Below the pieces are notes generated by a model. It was not told where the DNA came from. It was given only the letters and a program-made list of their open reading frames with translations, and searched no databases. The position numbers and the translations under genes were made by a program. Shown in pieces: positions 19,394 to 29,928 of a DNA stretch of 64,000 nucleotides (the stretch's first letter is position 1; each line of letters opens with the position of its first letter). This stretch comes from an uncultured Lachnospiraceae bacterium (GTDB lineage: Bacteria > Bacillota > Clostridia > Lachnospirales > Lachnospiraceae). The stretch lies in assembly GCA_948989975.1 (NCBI GenBank), contig CARHSH010000001.1, forward strand, positions 18,906-82,905, written 5' to 3'.

Positions 19394-22300
19394 ATGCAGG
19401 TGAAATTTATTTCAAAAGCCCTTTCGGCGGTTTTGTCGGCAGCTATGCTGGTGACGTCTCTGCCGACAGCGGCGTTAGCGGTTCAGGCAGATGAGCCGGA
19501 AGCGGCGACAGCTCAGAAGCCAAATTTGTTAAAACTTTGGTATGATGAGCCGGCCAGCCAAGGGAAAAATATTCTCAGCTCTGGAGCTTATCAGACTTCA
19601 GCAGAGGACAATAACTGGCAGCAGCACACGCTTCCAATCGGCAACAGCTATATGGGGGCAAATGTCTATGGCGAGATAGCAAGAGAAAGGCTGACCTTTA
19701 ACCAGAAAACGATGTGGAACGGTGGACCAAGCTCGAAAAGGCCAAATTATAACGGCGGTAATAAAGATGGCATGGTGGAGCGTTACCAAAACATTGTGAA
19801 TAACTTTCTGGCAGGCAATGATGCGACGGCAAGCGAACAATGCGGAGGGCTGACAGGGGAAGGCGAGGCGCAAGGATATGGCGTTTATCAGTCATGGGGC
19901 GATTTGTATCTTGATTACAAAGATTTGGCAAATGTGACGGAAACGGAAGACTATGAACGTAATCTGGATTTAACGACAGGGATTGCAAACGTTGATTTTG
20001 TGGCTGCAAATACGGAATACCATAGAGAGTATTTTGTCAGCTATCCAGACAATGTCTTAGCGATGAAACTGACTACGGGAAAAGAAGCGGGCATGAATTT
20101 GAATGTCAGCTTCCCAATAGATAATGGCGAAAATGAATCTGAGCAAACCAGCATCATTAACGGGCAGTTAGGAAAAGAAAATTTACAGTATACAGTAGAT
20201 GCGGCGGAAGGAACGATTGTGAATGCGGGTAATATGCAGGACAACCAGCTTAAATTTAATTCTGTCCTAAAAGTGGTGACGGATAAAGGCGCGATGGCAA
20301 AAGGAGCTGACAATTCGTCACTGGATATTACAGGGGCAAAGGAAGTGGTGATTTTCCTGTCCGCGAATACGGATTATAAAAATGTATATCCGAAGTACCG
20401 TACCGGAGAAACGGCAGAGCAGCTTGCGTCAAGAGTGAAGAAAGCTGTGGATAATGCGGCAGGAAAAGGCTATGAAAGGGTAAAAACCAGATATTTAGCG
20501 GATTATCAGGCGTTATTTGGCAGAGTGGATTTAGACCTTGGCCAGGGAGCTTCTGAAAAGACGACGGACGACCTTTTGGCGGCGTATAAAGCTTCCGGTA
20601 AGGACGCTGCGACAGAACAGGAAAGACGTTTATTGGAAACCCTGCTTTACCAATATGGAAGATATTTGACGATAGCATCCTCAAGAGATGGAGATTTGCC
20701 CTCTAATTTGCAGGGCGTATGGAATAACAGGGTAGGAACCGGCAGCCATGTTCCATGGGGCAGTGATTTCCATATGAATGTAAACCTTCAGATGAATTAT
20801 TGGCCGACCTATTCTGCTAACTTGGCAGAATGCGCGACGCCGATTATTGATTATGTTAATTCATTAAGAGAGCCGGGGCGTGTGACGGCAGAGAAATATT
20901 TTGGGATTGCAAGCGAACCGGGCGAGGCAAATGGATTCAGCGCGCATACGCAGAATACGCCGTTTGGCTGGACATGTCCGGGCTGGGCTTTTAGCTGGGG
21001 ATGGTCTCCGGGAGCGGTTCCGTGGATAATCCAAAATTGTTGGGAGTACTATGAGTATACGGGCGATTTAGAGTATATGAGAACACACCTTTACCCGATG
21101 ATGAAGGAAGAGACGATCCTGTATGATAAGATTTTAATTGACAGCGGCAAAGAGATTACGCTTGCAGATGGAACCAAAAGCACCCGTCTTGTAACGGCTC
21201 CTACTTATTCTTCAGAGCATGGTCCGTATACGATGGGCAATACATATGAAAACAGTCTGGCATGGCAGTTATATGACGATACGATTACGGCTGCAAAATT
21301 GTTGGGCGTTGATTCAGATCTTGTAACGCGTTGGGAAAAGACAAGAGAGAGGCTTGTGCCTGTTGAAATTGGGGACAGCGGGCAGATTAAAGAATGGTAC
21401 ATTGAAGGGGAATACGGCAAGACGGAATCGGGTGAGAATATCAGCTCATTTGAGAGAGGCCACCGCCATATGTCCCATATGTTAGGGCTGTTCCCGGGAG
21501 ATTTGATTTCGGTAGAAGATACAGATCTGTTGAATGCGGCAGTCGTGTCTTTAGAGGATCGCGGATATACCAGCACAGGCTGGGGAATGGGTCAGCGCAT
21601 TAACGCATGGGCAAGAACGGGAAACGGCAATACGGCGTACCGTTTGATTCAGAATTTGTTTAAAGGCGGGATATACCCAAATCTCTGGGACGCCCATCCG
21701 CCATTCCAGATTGACGGGAACTTTGGTTACACTTCAGGCGTCAATGAAATGCTGATGCAGAGCAATATGGGATATATCAATATTTTACCGGCGCTTCCGG
21801 AGGTATGGGAGAACGGTTCTGTAAATGGAATCTTAGCAAGGGGGAATTTTGAAATTGGCATCGATTGGACGAATGGGACGGCAGATGAAATTCGGATCTT
21901 GTCGAAGAATGGCGGGGAATGCGCGGTACAGTATCCGGGCATTGCTACAGCGGTAATTAAAAATTCTTCAGGCAGTGTGGTTGCCTCTAATGTGGTATCT
22001 GGAAAAGAAAACAGAATTACATTTAATACAACAAAAGGAGAGGCATATACGATTCAAAGTATGTCGGCGGCTCCGGAAAACTGTAAGGCAGTGGCGGCTG
22101 AGACGGGCGTAACGCTTACATGGGACGCCGTGGAAGGAGCAACTTCTTATAATGTGTATAGTAAGGTCAGGGCGATTGAAACAAAAATCGGCGCAGTTTC
22201 GTCGGCTTCGTATACAGATACGAAAAAGTATGAAGATGTGTACGCAGTGGAATATTCTGTTGCCGCGGTGAAAGACGGCAAAGAGGGAAGGCGTTCGAAT

Positions 22301-25300
22301 CGGTTTCGGGCTCCAGAGCCGGAGTCTTTGATTGAATTGGTGGACGATGGAGATGCAAGAATTAAATATTCTGATGGGTGGGGCACATGGTCAGATTCAG
22401 GTCATTATGGCGGAGGAATCCATTTTATAGAAACAACGAACGGAGAGGAGAGCGTAGAGTTACCGTTTGAAGGAACGGGAATTGAAATTATAGCCAGAAA
22501 AAACAGTGGAAAGTATGCTGCAAGCTGGAAAGTGCTCATAGATGGCGCAGATGCGGGGACTGCAAATTGCGCCGGAAGCGGCGAATACCGCAACGCGGTT
22601 TTCTCGAATTATGATTTGCCAGACGGGAAGCATACGATTAAATTGGTGACGGAAGGAAATACAAATAAGAAGATAGAGTTTGATGCATTTTTCGTTTATA
22701 AAGAAAAAGATCCGGATATTACGGTTTCTTTCAGTTTAGGCGGCAAAGAGGGGGAAGCTCCCGCTTCAAAAAAAGGAAAGTTCAGGGGTTCGGTTACGCT
22801 TCCGGCTTGTAACGTGGAGGGTTTTACAGGCTGGAGTGACGGCAGTGGAGTTTATAATGCCGGAGCGGCTTATGTGGTTCCTTATAAGGACATTAAGTTG
22901 ACTGCCCAGTATGAAGAAGAAGAACCGGAGCCTCCAGTAAACACAACGGATGAGTATTTGCCGATTGACGCCCCCAAAACATCATGGACTGCTGCTGCTG
23001 GAAGTCAACAGAATAGCGGGACTGACGGACCGGCAAGCAGCGCGATAGATGGGAACTTGAATACATGGTGGCATAGCAATTATAGTGGAGTGAATGAACC
23101 GTCATTTGGCGAAAATGGAGTGAACAATGACTTTACGATTGACTTCGGTAAGACAGTTCAAGTTGATAAGCTTGAGTATGTTCCACGTAACAATGAGAAT
23201 GCAAATGGATTTATCACTCAATATAAAATATTTTATTCTGCAACTACAGATGGAGCTTTTACGGAATGCGCAAGTGGTGAATGGACGGATTGCGCAACAA
23301 ACCGGACTGCGAAATCAGCGATATTTGATTCGACGGTGTCAGCGCGCAGGATTCAAATTAAGGCGATTGCAGTAGACAATGCTCCGGGAGGAAACAGCAA
23401 TAGGAAATTTATCCACGCGGCAGAGTTTAATGTATACAAAAAGAATCCGAATTGCACGCCATTGACCGGAATAAGTGTAGATTCTTCCCTTACGTTAAAT
23501 CAGGGAGAAAGTGAAAGTCTGACAATCACTTATCAGCCGGAGAATGCAACGGATAAGAAATTAACTTATGCAAGTTCGGATGTGAATATTGCAACAGTTT
23601 CTCCGAAGGGCGTTGTGATGGCAAGCGCATATAAATCAGGAACAGCCACAATTACGATTGCTTCAGCTAACAAACCGGAAATTACGCAGACAGTCACTGT
23701 AACGGTGAACCCGCCAACAGAGACTCCGGTTACAAGCGTTACGTTAGAAAGAAAGAGAATCCTTTTAAAGGTAGAGGATTCGGCAACGCTTGATGCGGCG
23801 ATTCAGCCGTATTTTGGGACAAATAAAAGCCTGACATGGGAAAGCGGCGATTCATCCATTGCGACTGTAACGGACGGAACGATAACGGCTGTTGCCACAG
23901 GGAAAACGACAATTACGGTTAAGGCAGCAAGTGACAATACTAAATCGGATACATGTGAGGTATTAGTTGCCGCTAAGGGCGAAGAACCGGATAGGACGGA
24001 ATTGCTGGGTTTGGTTAGTGAACTTCAGACACAGTACAGTGATTTGACAGGATATGGGCAAGACACAGCCGCAGCATTTGAAACAGCGTTAGCAAAAGCG
24101 CAGGAAGTATTGGCTTACAGAAACGATGTTTTACAGTCAGAACTGGACGAAGCGTTAGATGGTTTAAATACAGCAAAAAAAGGGTTGATGAAAGAAGACC
24201 TTACGAAAAAAATTGCGGAAGCGGACGGGATCACAGAAAATAACTATGCGCAGAGCTCTGTAGACGCATTAAAAGCGGCAAAAGCGGCGGCGCAAACAGT
24301 TGCAAATGACACAGAGGCAACGGTAGATGAAATAGATGCGGCGTTATTTGATTTGGCTTTGGCGCTGAAGAATTTGGAAGCGCCGGGAGACCCTTCGGAT
24401 TTGCAGGAGCTGCTTACCGAAGCAGGAGGCATCAATACGCAAGGATCATCTGCGGAAGCGATAGCTGAATTTGAAGCGGCGAAGACTGCCGCTCAGACGG
24501 TTGTGGCTGGCAGGCCGACGCAATCTGAGATCGATGCCGCATTAAGAAGATTAGAGCGGGCGATTTCTGAAGTAAAGATATTTACTGTGCGGTTTGATAA
24601 AAATGCCGGAAGTGACAACGTGACAGGGATGCCGGAAAATAAGACGGGCAGAAAAGGCGAGCAAGTCACTTTGCCGACGGGATCTCCGCAAAGAACAGGT
24701 TATATTTTTAGTGGATGGAGTTTAGAGCCGGATGGGGAAATTTTGACGGAAGGTCCGACAATCCATAATACAGATCTCACTGTATATGCAATTTGGGAGG
24801 TCACCTGCATTTGCGAGATTGAAACATTGACGGTTGAGGGCGGTTCTGTCAACATTGCGGCAGATGAATCAAGCAAAACATTTCCGCTTTCTCCTGAAGC
24901 GGCGCTGAAAGCAGGATGTAAGGTTCCAAATCATCCGGCGGGCAATCGCATTACTTACTCTTACACAGTGAAAAACGCAGACGGCACAGGGGCGGAAGTA
25001 GATGCGGATGGCATAGTGACGGTAAAAGCGAAGGGAACGGCTGTGATTACAGTGACGGCCCAAATCGCAACTGGAGCCGATGGAAAGAAATCGAAATCCG
25101 AAGATGTGGAAATTGAAGTGACGAAATCAGAGCCGGAAGAGCCGGATACAGTTAAAATCACTTTTGAAGCGAACGGAACAAGCGTGACAAATCTGCCAGA
25201 GGAAGAAACGGTGGAAATCGGGGCGGCATTCCCGAAACCGTCGAAAATCCCGGTACGGGCAGGCTATACGTTTAAAGGCTGGAGCAAGACGGCATCTGGA

Positions 25301-27127
25301 GCTGTCATTACAGAATGGCCTCAGACAATCGATTCTAATACAACGTTTTATGCGATTTGGGAAGAAGAAGTGAATGAGTGTGCCTGTGAAATTGAGTCGT
25401 TGACAGTGGAAGGCGGATCTATCCTGATTCCTGCTGCGGCGCAAGACGCTAATTTCCGGCTTAATCCGGTAGCGGTTTTTAAAAAAGACGTTTGCCATGT
25501 GGCAAATCACCCGACTGGAAATGAGATTACATATTCGTTTGAGATTACTGATTCAGGCGATACGGGAGCCGAAGTAAGTGATGACGGGCTTGTGACCGCA
25601 AGCAGGGAAGGTAAAGTAACGATTAAAGTGACAGCCGAAATTGCAAGCGGCGCAGAAGGCAAGAGAATAAAAACTCAAACAGTGGAAATTGAAGTGACGA
25701 AATTAAAAGAAGGATATTGCTTCGTGAAGTTTGAGGCGAATGGAAGCGGCGTGACAAATATGCCGGAGAATGTGTCGGTGGAAGAAGGCGGGACAGTAGC
25801 GAAACCGTCGGGAGCGCCGGAGCGGGCAGGCTATACATTTAAAGGATGGAGCAAGACAGAGTCCGGCGCAGTCATTGCAGATGACGAATGGCCTCAGACA
25901 ATTAATGAAGACACAACGTATTATGCAGTTTGGGAAAAGATCTCAGGCGGGGAACTTACGCAGGAAGAAGCGGAGGCGGCAGTGGCTGAAGCAATTTCAG
26001 AGGCAAGCGAAACGCATGAGAAAGGAAAAGGAGATTATTCAAGCGCGACATGGAACGCATTTGTAACGGCTTATCAAGCGGCGCAGAATCCGAAAGAAGG
26101 CATTACGCCAGAAGAATTGAAGCAGTTAGCGGATAATTTGGAGAAAGCCAGAGAAGACTTAAAACTTCTTGACAGAAAACAAATTATCAATGATGCAAAC
26201 GGTGTGGTGAATCGAGCAAAAAGCGCGATTAATAAGAAGAATACAAAGTATACGGCTGTAAGCTGGAATGCGTATAAGGCGGCGTATGACGCTTTAGTGA
26301 GTGAAATAAATAAGGGCGCGAAGGCTGACTTAGAAAAAGTGATTCAATTACAGAAAGCATTTGGGCAGAAAAAGCTTGTGACGGATACCACATGGGAAAA
26401 AGCAAAGAACGCATTGAATCTGGCGTTAAAAAATGCAAAAACAAAATACGCCGCAGGCCAGAAGAACTATACGAAAGAGACATGGGATGCATTTGCCAGA
26501 GCATATGCTGCAGCAAATAAACAGAGTAATGCAATAGCCGGAAACAGCGCAGCGGCGAACTTAAATAATCTGGCAAAGGCGTTAAATACAGCCCTTGGAA
26601 AATTGAAGGAGAGCCTGTTAAACGCATCTGTTGTAAAGGACGGAATTTGCTATGTAGTAACAGATGAAACAAATAAAACGGCGGCCGCTTATGGCGAAGT
26701 TTCAAAGAAAAGCTCCTTAAAGAAAGTTGTTATTCCGGATACAATTACGATACAGGGAACTGAGTGCGCCGTTACGGAAATCAAGGCAAAAGGATTTTCC
26801 AAATTTAAGAAAATTACACAAGTGACAATCGGCAAAAATGTTAAAAAAATCGGAGCGCAGGCATTTAAGGGCTGTGCGGCGGTTACGAAATTGACGGTAA
26901 ACGGAGAGGTAAAGACATTTGACAAACAGTGCTTTAACGGTTGTAAGAAATTGAAAAAAATCACTTTCAAAGGCAAGAAAGCGCCGGCCTTTAAGTCAGG
27001 CGCGTTTAAAGGAACAAATGCAAAAGCGGTAGTGAAACTTGCGAAGAAAATGAGTAAGAAAGACAAAAATAAGATGAAGACGAGGCTGAAAAAAGCAGGC
27101 ATCAGCAAAAAAGCAAAAATCAGTTAG
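19394..27127 (+). CDS. Giant secreted multidomain glycoside hydrolase. Domain order: signal peptide, GH95 alpha-L-fucosidase domain, FN3/discoidin (F5/8-C) domain, Big_2 Ig domains, three Listeria-Bacteroides (Flg_new) repeat units, FIVAR domains, BspA-type LRR and a Lys-rich tail
   Basis: Signal peptide (MQVKFISKALSAVLSAAMLVTSLPTAALA). GH95 N-terminal motif (LPIGNSYMGANVYGEIARERLTFNQKTMWNGGP). IDGNLNTWWHSNYSG discoidin segment. Repeated RAGYTFKGWSKT units. C-terminal LRR; 2577 aa. Confidence 0.65.
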   Translation: MQVKFISKALSAVLSAAMLVTSLPTAALAVQADEPEAATAQKPNLLKLWYDEPASQGKNILSSGAYQTSAEDNNWQQHTLPIGNSYMGANVYGEIARERLTFNQKTMWNGGPSSKRPNYNGGNKDGMVERYQNIVNNFLAGNDATASEQCGGLTGEGEAQGYGVYQSWGDLYLDYKDLANVTETEDYERNLDLTTGIANVDFVAANTEYHREYFVSYPDNVLAMKLTTGKEAGMNLNVSFPIDNGENESEQTSIINGQLGKENLQYTVDAAEGTIVNAGNMQDNQLKFNSVLKVVTDKGAMAKGADNSSLDITGAKEVVIFLSANTDYKNVYPKYRTGETAEQLASRVKKAVDNAAGKGYERVKTRYLADYQALFGRVDLDLGQGASEKTTDDLLAAYKASGKDAATEQERRLLETLLYQYGRYLTIASSRDGDLPSNLQGVWNNRVGTGSHVPWGSDFHMNVNLQMNYWPTYSANLAECATPIIDYVNSLREPGRVTAEKYFGIASEPGEANGFSAHTQNTPFGWTCPGWAFSWGWSPGAVPWIIQNCWEYYEYTGDLEYMRTHLYPMMKEETILYDKILIDSGKEITLADGTKSTRLVTAPTYSSEHGPYTMGNTYENSLAWQLYDDTITAAKLLGVDSDLVTRWEKTRERLVPVEIGDSGQIKEWYIEGEYGKTESGENISSFERGHRHMSHMLGLFPGDLISVEDTDLLNAAVVSLEDRGYTSTGWGMGQRINAWARTGNGNTAYRLIQNLFKGGIYPNLWDAHPPFQIDGNFGYTSGVNEMLMQSNMGYINILPALPEVWENGSVNGILARGNFEIGIDWTNGTADEIRILSKNGGECAVQYPGIATAVIKNSSGSVVASNVVSGKENRITFNTTKGEAYTIQSMSAAPENCKAVAAETGVTLTWDAVEGATSYNVYSKVRAIETKIGAVSSASYTDTKKYEDVYAVEYSVAAVKDGKEGRRSNRFRAPEPESLIELVDDGDARIKYSDGWGTWSDSGHYGGGIHFIETTNGEESVELPFEGTGIEIIARKNSGKYAASWKVLIDGADAGTANCAGSGEYRNAVFSNYDLPDGKHTIKLVTEGNTNKKIEFDAFFVYKEKDPDITVSFSLGGKEGEAPASKKGKFRGSVTLPACNVEGFTGWSDGSGVYNAGAAYVVPYKDIKLTAQYEEEEPEPPVNTTDEYLPIDAPKTSWTAAAGSQQNSGTDGPASSAIDGNLNTWWHSNYSGVNEPSFGENGVNNDFTIDFGKTVQVDKLEYVPRNNENANGFITQYKIFYSATTDGAFTECASGEWTDCATNRTAKSAIFDSTVSARRIQIKAIAVDNAPGGNSNRKFIHAAEFNVYKKNPNCTPLTGISVDSSLTLNQGESESLTITYQPENATDKKLTYASSDVNIATVSPKGVVMASAYKSGTATITIASANKPEITQTVTVTVNPPTETPVTSVTLERKRILLKVEDSATLDAAIQPYFGTNKSLTWESGDSSIATVTDGTITAVATGKTTITVKAASDNTKSDTCEVLVAAKGEEPDRTELLGLVSELQTQYSDLTGYGQDTAAAFETALAKAQEVLAYRNDVLQSELDEALDGLNTAKKGLMKEDLTKKIAEADGITENNYAQSSVDALKAAKAAAQTVANDTEATVDEIDAALFDLALALKNLEAPGDPSDLQELLTEAGGINTQGSSAEAIAEFEAAKTAAQTVVAGRPTQSEIDAALRRLERAISEVKIFTVRFDKNAGSDNVTGMPENKTGRKGEQVTLPTGSPQRTGYIFSGWSLEPDGEILTEGPTIHNTDLTVYAIWEVTCICEIETLTVEGGSVNIAADESSKTFPLSPEAALKAGCKVPNHPAGNRITYSYTVKNADGTGAEVDADGIVTVKAKGTAVITVTAQIATGADGKKSKSEDVEIEVTKSEPEEPDTVKITFEANGTSVTNLPEEETVEIGAAFPKPSKIPVRAGYTFKGWSKTASGAVITEWPQTIDSNTTFYAIWEEEVNECACEIESLTVEGGSILIPAAAQDANFRLNPVAVFKKDVCHVANHPTGNEITYSFEITDSGDTGAEVSDDGLVTASREGKVTIKVTAEIASGAEGKRIKTQTVEIEVTKLKEGYCFVKFEANGSGVTNMPENVSVEEGGTVAKPSGAPERAGYTFKGWSKTESGAVIADDEWPQTINEDTTYYAVWEKISGGELTQEEAEAAVAEAISEASETHEKGKGDYSSATWNAFVTAYQAAQNPKEGITPEELKQLADNLEKAREDLKLLDRKQIINDANGVVNRAKSAINKKNTKYTAVSWNAYKAAYDALVSEINKGAKADLEKVIQLQKAFGQKKLVTDTTWEKAKNALNLALKNAKTKYAAGQKNYTKETWDAFARAYAAANKQSNAIAGNSAAANLNNLAKALNTALGKLKESLLNASVVKDGICYVVTDETNKTAAAYGEVSKKSSLKKVVIPDTITIQGTECAVTEIKAKGFSKFKKITQVTIGKNVKKIGAQAFKGCAAVTKLTVNGEVKTFDKQCFNGCKKLKKITFKGKKAPAFKSGAFKGTNAKAVVKLAKKMSKKDKNKMKTRLKKAGISKKAKIS
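24575..25930 (+). repeat. About 2.5 tandem copies of a ~560-nt coding repeat (Flg_new plus Ig-like unit) inside the giant gene
   Basis: Repeated protein blocks VKITFEANGTSVTN...YTFKGWSKT...CEIESLTVEGGS...VEIEVTK. Confidence 0.6.
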
Positions 27128-27151
27128 CCGTCGTAGGACAGTGTTTTTTGA

Positions 27152-27186
27152 CGGGAGGGCTCCATTTGGAACCCTCCCGTTTTCCG
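27152..27186 (+). terminator. Rho-independent terminator after the giant gene
   Basis: CGGGAGGGCTCCA-TT-TGGAACCCTCCCG stem followed by TTTTCC. Confidence 0.65.
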
Positions 27187-27220
27187 TTCATATAAAGCGC
27201 TTCAAAATTCAAGAATAGGC

Positions 27221-27248
27221 TAATGAATTTCCAAAAACAACCGATAAA
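27221..27248 (+). promoter_or_regulatory. Possible sigma28 (FliA/SigD)-type promoter for the flgM operon (TAAT-N15-ACCGATAA)
   Basis: Three mismatches to the TAAA-N15-GCCGATAT consensus. Its position ~70 nt upstream of flgM is appropriate. Confidence 0.3.
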
Positions 27249-27314
27249 TAGTTTAGGAGCGATGAATATAGTAAATACTTACTATAATTTTCAAGGAAGA
27301 AAGGGGATGCTGTC

Positions 27315-27596
27315 ATGCGTATAGAAACATATAATCAGGTAGCTCAATTATATAAAGGGAGCAAGTCAGGAAAAACACAGCAGCCATACGGCGCTGCCGC
27401 GGGACGGGATGAGCTGACAATATCACAGGCAGGCTACGATTATCAAATTGCAAAAAAGGCAGTAGCGGAAACTTCAGATATCAGGGAAGATAAAGTCGCC
27501 AGCTTGAAAACAAGAGTGGAGTCAGGGAATTATAAAGTTGATTCTGGGGATTTTGCCAGCAAACTGTTAGAGAGATACAATGCTCTGCAGAAATAA
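27315..27596 (+). CDS. flgM: Anti-sigma-28 factor FlgM
   Basis: 93 aa; C-terminal DKVASLKTRVESGNYKVDSGDFASKLL typical of FlgM. Confidence 0.75.
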   Translation: MRIETYNQVAQLYKGSKSGKTQQPYGAAAGRDELTISQAGYDYQIAKKAVAETSDIREDKVASLKTRVESGNYKVDSGDFASKLLERYNALQK

Positions 27597-27619
27597 GTGT
27601 GTAGAAATGAGGAACGCCA

Positions 27620-28132
27620 GTGGCTAGTTTAATGGATAATCTTGTAGAAGTCCTAGAGCAGGAAAATAATTGGTATGAGCAGCTTGTGGAATTGTCAAAA
27701 GACAAGAAACAGGCAATTATCAACGGAGATGTTCAGACATTAGAGCATATTACGGAACAGGAGCAGGAGATTTCAAGCGCACTTCGGAATCTGGATATCA
27801 AACGAGACGCCGTATTAAAAGATATGTCAGACGTACTTGGAAAGAATTTTGAGGAGATGACCATTACAAGGCTCATTGGTTATCTGGGGCAGCAACCGCA
27901 GGAACAGGAGCGTTTATCGAAGATACGCGCGAAAATCCTGACAACCGGAAAAGAAATGCAGGAATGGAATAAGCGGAATGAAGTCCTTCTACAGCAAGCG
28001 CTAGAAATGGTAGAATTCGATCTCACCTTGTTTAAGAGTATGCGTCAGGCGCCTGAAACGGCGAATTATGACAAGAATGCCTATAATACAGGTGATTTGC
28101 TCGGAAGCGGCGGGTTTGACGCGAAACAGTAA
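27620..28132 (+). CDS. flgN: FlgN-like flagellar chaperone
   Basis: A 170 aa helical protein located between flgM and flgK, as B. subtilis yvyG/flgN is. Confidence 0.5.
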   Translation: MASLMDNLVEVLEQENNWYEQLVELSKDKKQAIINGDVQTLEHITEQEQEISSALRNLDIKRDAVLKDMSDVLGKNFEEMTITRLIGYLGQQPQEQERLSKIRAKILTTGKEMQEWNKRNEVLLQQALEMVEFDLTLFKSMRQAPETANYDKNAYNTGDLLGSGGFDAKQ

Positions 28133-28158
28133 GAATGGCAGGATGAGGAGGAAGAATT

Positions 28159-29904
28159 ATGGCCAATTCAATGGGAAGTTTATTTATCGGGGTATCGGGG
28201 CTTAAGACAAGCCAGAATGCCTTGAATACGACAGCAAACAACCTTGCGAATGTAGACACAAAAGGCTATGTGCGCCAACGTGTGTTACAGGAAGACAGGC
28301 ATTATATGAATTTAGACCCGACAACAGCCGTAGGGCCGCAGCAGTCGGGACTTGGCGTCGGGATTGGCGACGTCATACATGCAAGGGAAATCTTTTTAGA
28401 TAAAGTCTACCGTACCCATGCAGGGCGGTATGGGTTTTATTCTTCCACTTATGAGACAATATCGGAAGTGGAGACATTTTTTGGGGAATTAGAGGGGACG
28501 GCGTTTCAGGATGTTTTGACGGGAAATGATGGCCTTTGGGTTGCGTTTCAGGAATTTGCCAAAGATCCGTCGGATCGGCTCAACCAAAATCTTGTGATTG
28601 AAAAAGCGAATCTTTTCATCAGCAGATCGCAGGAGGTTTATAAGGGGCTGCAAAAATACCAGCATAATTTGAATGAGCAGATTTCAGATGCGATAGATGA
28701 CATAAACGAATTAGGCGCAACGATTAAACAGTTAAATATTGACATTATGAAAGTGGAAGCCGGCGGCGTGGAAACGGCGATGAATCTCCGTGATGCAAGG
28801 GATTTAGCGATTGACAGGCTCGCGGAATACGGGGCGGTGACATATAAGGAATTGCCAAATGGAGTTGTAAAAGTCAATTTTGAGCATGTTTCTTTTGTAG
28901 ACGAACATCATGTCTATGAAATTGCGAAACAGGTGGATAAGGTGACAGGTTTTGTTACGCCGTATTGGAACCATCTTTCCAATACGTCAAAAGGCCAGTA
29001 TTATAAAGTGTACGATCAGGGAGAAAGCATTTCCACTGCCAAGAAAAATGACATTGGCCAGTTAAAAGCCCTCTATTTGGCGAGAGGGGATAAATATACA
29101 AATTATCTTGATGTTGAGGGGATTTCCATGAAGGACTATGACGATACGCTTGGAAATTCCGTTATGATGAATATAGAAGCTGAATTTGACTTGCTGGTGC
29201 ATGCGGTTGTGACAAGGGTAAACGACTTATTTGCTCCAAATATCAGTTCAAAGACGGCGATTTCAGGAATAGATGAAAATGGCAATACCGTAAATTACCC
29301 GGCGGGGACGAAAATCCTTGATGTAGAGAATTGCTGTGTGGGCGCAGATGAAGCCCTGCCTCCTCAGGAATTGTTCGTGCGCACCGGATGTTCCCGATAT
29401 ACGACTGTAACGGGAAATGACGGGAAAACGTATTATGTATTTAATGAGGAAGATCCGTCGGATACAGCTTTGCAGTATACGTCAAAAGGCGTTCAGATTA
29501 ATCCGAAATTGTTAGAAAGCGAATCGCTTCTTCCGGCGTTTAAGCAAAACGGCAAGCCGGGCGAACTTCCAGTAGCGTATGAGATGGCAGAAGCGATTCG
29601 GGATCTTTGGGAAAATGAAGATTTATACTTAAGCCCGCATGACACTACGCCATGTACATTCGGTGAATACTATGCGAAGATGACGAGCGAGCTTGCGTTG
29701 CTGGGCGATGTGTTTCAGTCAACCGCGGACGGCCTTCAGGGGACGAAATTGGAAACGGATAACGGAAGACAGCAGGTAATTGGCGTTTCGGCGGACGAAG
29801 AATTGACGAATATGGTCAAATTCCAAAGCGCATATAACGCGTCCAGCCGTTTTATGAATGTGGTAAGCGAAATGATTGAGACCATCATTAACCAGATGGG
29901 CTGA
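28159..29904 (+). CDS. flgK: Flagellar hook-associated protein FlgK-like (first paralogue)
   Basis: N-terminal flg_bb_rod motif (NTTANNLANVDTKGY) and FlgK-type C-terminus (MVKFQSAYNASSRFMNVVSEM). Confidence 0.65.
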   Translation: MANSMGSLFIGVSGLKTSQNALNTTANNLANVDTKGYVRQRVLQEDRHYMNLDPTTAVGPQQSGLGVGIGDVIHAREIFLDKVYRTHAGRYGFYSSTYETISEVETFFGELEGTAFQDVLTGNDGLWVAFQEFAKDPSDRLNQNLVIEKANLFISRSQEVYKGLQKYQHNLNEQISDAIDDINELGATIKQLNIDIMKVEAGGVETAMNLRDARDLAIDRLAEYGAVTYKELPNGVVKVNFEHVSFVDEHHVYEIAKQVDKVTGFVTPYWNHLSNTSKGQYYKVYDQGESISTAKKNDIGQLKALYLARGDKYTNYLDVEGISMKDYDDTLGNSVMMNIEAEFDLLVHAVVTRVNDLFAPNISSKTAISGIDENGNTVNYPAGTKILDVENCCVGADEALPPQELFVRTGCSRYTTVTGNDGKTYYVFNEEDPSDTALQYTSKGVQINPKLLESESLLPAFKQNGKPGELPVAYEMAEAIRDLWENEDLYLSPHDTTPCTFGEYYAKMTSELALLGDVFQSTADGLQGTKLETDNGRQQVIGVSADEELTNMVKFQSAYNASSRFMNVVSEMIETIINQMG

Positions 29905-29928
29905 TAAATTAGAAAGAGGTGATTTGAT

